DNA of 64,000 nucleotides. It comes from Oceanispirochaeta sp. (GTDB lineage Bacteria; Spirochaetota; Spirochaetia; DSM-2461). Numbering within the stretch: the first letter of the stretch is position 1; the number at the start of each line of letters is the position of its first letter. The stretch lies in NCBI GenBank assembly GCA_963666275.2, contig CAXXOA010000002.1, positions 2,208,001 through 2,272,000 on the forward strand, in the 5' to 3' direction. Both the position numbers and the translations under genes were made by a program. The notes beneath the pieces were generated by a model. It saw only the letters and a list, made by a program, of their open reading frames with translations. It did no database searches and was not told the origin of the DNA. Below are positions 59,876 to 64,000 of this stretch, one piece after another.

Positions 59876-61705
59876 TTATCCCTGCTGGGGGAAATACATA
59901 TTCAAGATATATTCTTCCTGGAAACCCGGATGGGAAGAAAGCTCAAGGTAACCGGCGGTTTCGCGGATTCTGCGGCATTTTTCAAGTTTTTTGCCCCAGA
60001 GGGCTGCCTGAATCACACCGGCACCGCAGGAGTTGCCCACCGATTCGATCCTGTCCGAGAGCTCCATGGGGAGGAGTCCTATCTCCAGGGCGCTCTGTTT
60101 GTCTATGTAGGAGCCGAATCCTCCTGCCAGATAGACGTTCTGAATCTGATCCATAGTAATGCCGTATTCCTTCACAAGGGTGGCGATTCCCGCACCGATG
60201 GAACCCTTGGCCAGCTGAACTTCCCGCAGATCCTTCTGACTGAAAAAGATCTCCCTGTTGTCCCGGGTCAGCATAAAGTGGAGGTCCTCCGAGTCGGGGT
60301 CCATAAACCCTATATTTTCCGGAGGATTCCCCTGCCAGTCATCTTCATCGGTGAACCGCCCCGTATAGTCGGCGATTCCGGTTCTCAGCAGATAGGCGGT
60401 CATGTCGATGATGCCGGATCCGCAGATTCCTATGGCCGGTTTATCCTGTATTGTTTTCCACTCCAGAACACCGTCTTCTCCGGTTACTTCGCTTATGGCT
60501 CCGGGAATCCCGCCTGTTCCGCACTGGATATTGGCTCCTTCAAAAGCCGGTCCCGCCGCAGTGGAGCAGGTGAGTATTTTCTCTCTGTTTCCCAGGGCGA
60601 TCTCGCCGTTTGTCCCTATATCCACAAGAAGACTGATCTCTTCACTGTCGCTCATTCCGGTGGAAAGTATCCCCGCCACGATATCCGCACCAATGTAGGC
60701 CGAAAGGGAGGGCAGAAGGATAAAGCGCATATGCGAGGGCAGGGGAATCTCCAGATCCAGCGGGGTGAGGCAGGTCTCGGAAGTGGAAACCGGGATAAAA
60801 GGAGCCACCGCCAGGTAGCGCGGATTCAGCCCCGAGAGGATATGCATCATGGTCGTATTTCCCGCCAGAAACATCCCGCAGATATCCTCTTCGCTGACTC
60901 CCGAGGCCAGGATCAGGTCCGAATGATAGGATTCCAGCTGCAGAAGGATCCTCTCCTGCAGTTTTCTCAGTTTCTCCGGATCCTCAGCTATGTAGTCTAT
61001 CCGGGAGATCACATCTCCTCCAAAGCTTTTCTGTCTGTTCAGACCAGAAGAGGTCCCTTCCACTTTTCCCGTGTTCAGATTCAGGAGATAGGCCACCACA
61101 GTGGTTGTCCCGATATCCACCGCAATCGCATAGTGAGTTCCTGTCCTGTCGCCGGGGAATATGGAAAGGACTTCATTCCCCCATGTAGTGACTGTCAGTT
61201 CCTTCTCCTCCCGCATCAGCCGGGGTAGTCTTTTTCTCAAACTGTGATCTCTGATACAGGCGCCTGCGGGAAGATCCTCCAGAAGCCTCAGTTCATCGGG
61301 CCTCTGGTCATCCAGAGAGGGCTCTGAAGGAGTCACAAGGACTCTTTTAAACAGGGGATCGATGGGGCCGTCATAGACCTTACCGGCCGTCTTGATTCTG
61401 CCCCCTTTCAGGGAGCTTTCCAGTTCCAGTTCCACCGGCCCCAGGGCTGTGGTCCTGCAGGCCAGACGGACCCCCCGGGAAAGCTCGGCGGGACTGAGCA
61501 GCTTCTCTTCTTCCTCTGTGAGGGGGGAAACATAGCCGTTGATGACTTTAATCCTGCATTTTCCGCAGGTTCCTTTTCCCCCGCAGGGAGCGTCTATGGA
61601 TATGTCGGGGAGATGGTTGAGAGCCTCCAGTAAATTCATCTCTTTACTTATAGTTTCGTTGATTATACGGCTCTCATAATGTAAAGTTAAATGAACAGTT
61701 TCCAT
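59876..61705 (-). CDS. Reductive activator of corrinoid proteins (RACo/RamA-type, 2Fe-2S + ASKHA)
   Basis: CGGKGTCGKC..RLAC, DIGTTTV, DIGTNGE, AAGPAFEG, QLAKG and LAGGFG motifs. Confidence 0.92.
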   Translation of the reverse strand: METVHLTLHYESRIINETISKEMNLLEALNHLPDISIDAPCGGKGTCGKCRIKVINGYVSPLTEEEEKLLSPAELSRGVRLACRTTALGPVELELESSLKGGRIKTAGKVYDGPIDPLFKRVLVTPSEPSLDDQRPDELRLLEDLPAGACIRDHSLRKRLPRLMREEKELTVTTWGNEVLSIFPGDRTGTHYAIAVDIGTTTVVAYLLNLNTGKVEGTSSGLNRQKSFGGDVISRIDYIAEDPEKLRKLQERILLQLESYHSDLILASGVSEEDICGMFLAGNTTMMHILSGLNPRYLAVAPFIPVSTSETCLTPLDLEIPLPSHMRFILLPSLSAYIGADIVAGILSTGMSDSEEISLLVDIGTNGEIALGNREKILTCSTAAGPAFEGANIQCGTGGIPGAISEVTGEDGVLEWKTIQDKPAIGICGSGIIDMTAYLLRTGIADYTGRFTDEDDWQGNPPENIGFMDPDSEDLHFMLTRDNREIFFSQKDLREVQLAKGSIGAGIATLVKEYGITMDQIQNVYLAGGFGSYIDKQSALEIGLLPMELSDRIESVGNSCGAGVIQAALWGKKLEKCRRIRETAGYLELSSHPGFQEEYILNMYFPQQG

Positions 61706-61818
61706 AGGTCCCTCTCAAATATTGGAGATTTTACTATATTCAAGTAAAACATCAGGGTCTTCAGGGAATCTTGTACTAATCCATAATTTTTTTGTACTTA
61801 TCTGTTGGGGGAAATGGA

Positions 61819-63009
61819 ATGAAAAAATACAGCATCCTGTTCTTGCTACTCTTTCTGCCTTCCCTTCTTGCGGCCACACCTCAGGAGGATTTCCTCACCG
61901 CCCTGAGAGAGTCCCGCCTGCAGGATGCCTCTTTCTATCTGCGGAACGGTGTTTCCATCAATGAACCGCTCCTGGATGGGCAGCCGGTATTGAATATAAT
62001 GTGCCGGGAACTGAGAAGTTCCATAGTCCGCTGGCTTCTGGACAACGGAGCTGATCCTGATATCACCGATAATGACGGCCTGTCTCCTCTCATGTATGCG
62101 GCCCTCAAGGGGAATCGGGACATTGCCCAGATCCTCCTTCTGGCGGGGGCTCAGATCAATCTTAGAGACCCTTTCGGTAATACGGCCCTGCAGATCGCGG
62201 TCAATCACGGGCACTGGCAGCTGGCGGATTTTCTGGAAAAGCGGGGCGGCGCTGTGGGGGAGGGGTATTTTGAACATCCCGTCCTGAGTGAAGTCTGGAC
62301 CAGAAGAGAGCACTACAGGGAAACCCTTATGCTCATTGAAGACAGATGGCCTTCCTATGAGTTTCTGAAAGCCGTCCGGGACGGGGACTATAAAAAAACT
62401 CTTGAATTGCTCAGTGAGGGATCTTCTCCCGATGCGGCAGACTCCAGGGGTGTCAGTGCTCTGATGATTTCGGCCTCTCTGGATACCCCCTATATCAGCG
62501 AACTGCTGCTGCAGGAAGGGGCCGATCCGTTCGCAGAAGATGAACTGGGCCTGACAGCCCTCTGGTATGCGTCTTTTCAGGGACGGCAGGATCTTGTCGA
62601 CTCCCTTCTGGAACGGGGAGTCTCACCGGAATCCGCCTATCTGGAAGTCTCCCCGCTTTTTGCGGCCTTCGCGGGACAGCAGTATAAAACTATGGAGTTT
62701 CTTCTCTCTGCCGGCGCCGATCCGGAGCAGTCCGGCCGTCTCGGGGCCCGTCTGGTTCATTACGGGGCTTTCAACGGAGATATGAGAACTCTGAAAATCC
62801 TCGAACGCCACGGCGCGTCTCCGGCTGTTCCTGATGCGGACGGGAAAACCGCTCTGGATTACCTTGTCACCGGATTCAATCTGAATGAGAGTGAAGAGAG
62901 GTATCTTCCTGTGGCACAGTATCTGAAAGATAAAAAAACGGGATACACCATTGACCCTGAAGTAACCGGTAGTGTTAAACTCGAGAAAATCATAACCTAC
63001 AACTGGTAA
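61819..63009 (+). CDS. Exported ankyrin-repeat protein
   Basis: Signal peptide; repeated GxTAL/SPL..A..G..LL.xGAD motifs. Confidence 0.85.
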   Translation: MKKYSILFLLLFLPSLLAATPQEDFLTALRESRLQDASFYLRNGVSINEPLLDGQPVLNIMCRELRSSIVRWLLDNGADPDITDNDGLSPLMYAALKGNRDIAQILLLAGAQINLRDPFGNTALQIAVNHGHWQLADFLEKRGGAVGEGYFEHPVLSEVWTRREHYRETLMLIEDRWPSYEFLKAVRDGDYKKTLELLSEGSSPDAADSRGVSALMISASLDTPYISELLLQEGADPFAEDELGLTALWYASFQGRQDLVDSLLERGVSPESAYLEVSPLFAAFAGQQYKTMEFLLSAGADPEQSGRLGARLVHYGAFNGDMRTLKILERHGASPAVPDADGKTALDYLVTGFNLNESEERYLPVAQYLKDKKTGYTIDPEVTGSVKLEKIITYNW

Positions 63010-63072
63010 TTCCCGTTCGTTGGATACATAAAATGATTTAAATAAAGTAAAAAGGTGCGACACGGAGGGTAC

Positions 63073-63549
63073 ATGATCACTTTCATTGTGGATAAATTCT
63101 ACTACCTTTTCCTGGGACTTATAATCCTGTCTCTGGTTCAGAGACACAGGGGAAGAGGCAATACAAAAAGGACAGCCACTGTTTTTCAGGCAATCCTTGT
63201 ATTTATAATCTATATCGGAGCCATGGTCATTCAGGAAGAGGGACTGGAGAAAAAGTGGATTGCCATACCCTTTGCGGTGGTGGCGCTGGCCCTTTATCTG
63301 TTCCGGCCGAGAATCCTGCCCTATAAGCTCCACTGCCGGAACTGCGGAACCAGACTGACTGCAAGTCAGATCTTTATGCATGATTCCAATCTCTGCGCCG
63401 CCTGCGATCCTGATGACCAGCCCGCAGAGGATGTTCAGGGGGAAGAGGCAGACCAGGCCGGAGAGGAAGAGGCCCGGACCGCAGTGGAAGAGACCTCTCT
63501 CCCCGCTGGACAGGACGAGCCCGAGACGGAAGAGAAGAAAGAAGAGTAG
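63073..63549 (+). CDS. Hypothetical membrane protein with CxxC..CxxC and an acidic tail
   Basis: GGAGG RBS, three hydrophobic segments, CRNC and CAAC. Confidence 0.65.
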   Translation: MITFIVDKFYYLFLGLIILSLVQRHRGRGNTKRTATVFQAILVFIIYIGAMVIQEEGLEKKWIAIPFAVVALALYLFRPRILPYKLHCRNCGTRLTASQIFMHDSNLCAACDPDDQPAEDVQGEEADQAGEEEARTAVEETSLPAGQDEPETEEKKEE

Positions 63550-63565
63550 CACACAGGAGGTAGGT

Positions 63566-63907
63566 ATGGACCTGCAGGAAAAACTGAAAGATCTTGTTAT
63601 TGTTGATGATCCCGGGATAATCGGCAAAACTGCGGATGTTCTGGAGGGCATGAAATATACCCCCACTCTGCTGACGGACTTTCCCGGATTTCTCAGGGTA
63701 AGCAGCGATGCCTTCTTCGCCCGGGTGGAGGAGATCCTCAATGCTCCGGATGTGGACGAGGGGGATCTTCCCCCTGATGAGACCCAGGACTCTTTCCGGG
63801 AGCGCCAGGTTTCCATGCTTATCTACCACTACAAGCTGCTTAATCGTCTCAGGCAGGATGAACCGGAAGCCTGGGATGAAATTAACGAGCTCATGGAAGA
63901 CGATTGA
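63566..63907 (+). CDS. Hypothetical acidic protein
   Basis: AGGAGG RBS before ATG 63566; no recognised family. Confidence 0.6.
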   Translation: MDLQEKLKDLVIVDDPGIIGKTADVLEGMKYTPTLLTDFPGFLRVSSDAFFARVEEILNAPDVDEGDLPPDETQDSFRERQVSMLIYHYKLLNRLRQDEPEAWDEINELMEDD

Positions 63908-64000
63908 CCCGGAGCAATCCGGGGTGAAACCTCCCTTGTAAGCATATTAAAACCATTATATTATCCCCTTATGGAAAAGAATTCTCTCGCCCGTTTTGAT

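Noticed and set aside
63971..64000. Possible gene start at the window edge
   Set aside because: Only ten codons are visible.

Overview
Bacterial window, probably from a free-living spirochaete (inferred from the FA(G/N)GxxE-type leaders on solute-binding proteins). The right part (about 48.4-64 kb) looks like GC-richer core chromosome. It holds tRNA-Leu(GAG), a pstSCAB-phoU-phoBR locus, galM, a corrinoid protein behind a cobalamin riboswitch, a PocR/AraC regulator, an ASKHA corrinoid activator and an ankyrin protein. Left of the tRNA is a tandem array of att-bounded elements, marked by repeats of the tRNA 3' half at 43544-43595 and 3689-3740. Each repeat carries a covarying terminator and GGGTCA arm-like repeats, and no integrase gene is visible in the window. 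The proximal element (4810 bp) carries a BrnT/antitoxin pair and a DDE transposase split by an IS21. The distal element (39855 bp) is AT-richer. It carries a multiply duplicated Thermotoga-type inositol pathway (iolG/M/N/O, uxaE, three sugar ABC transporters, GntR regulators with visible operators), several pseudogenes and IS remnants, and an hcp/DUF438 locus with HcpR-type boxes. At the far left is a PPDK lacking its nucleotide-binding domain and fused to an Rv1126c-like winged-helix domain. All family calls come from motif recognition and recall; no database search was run.
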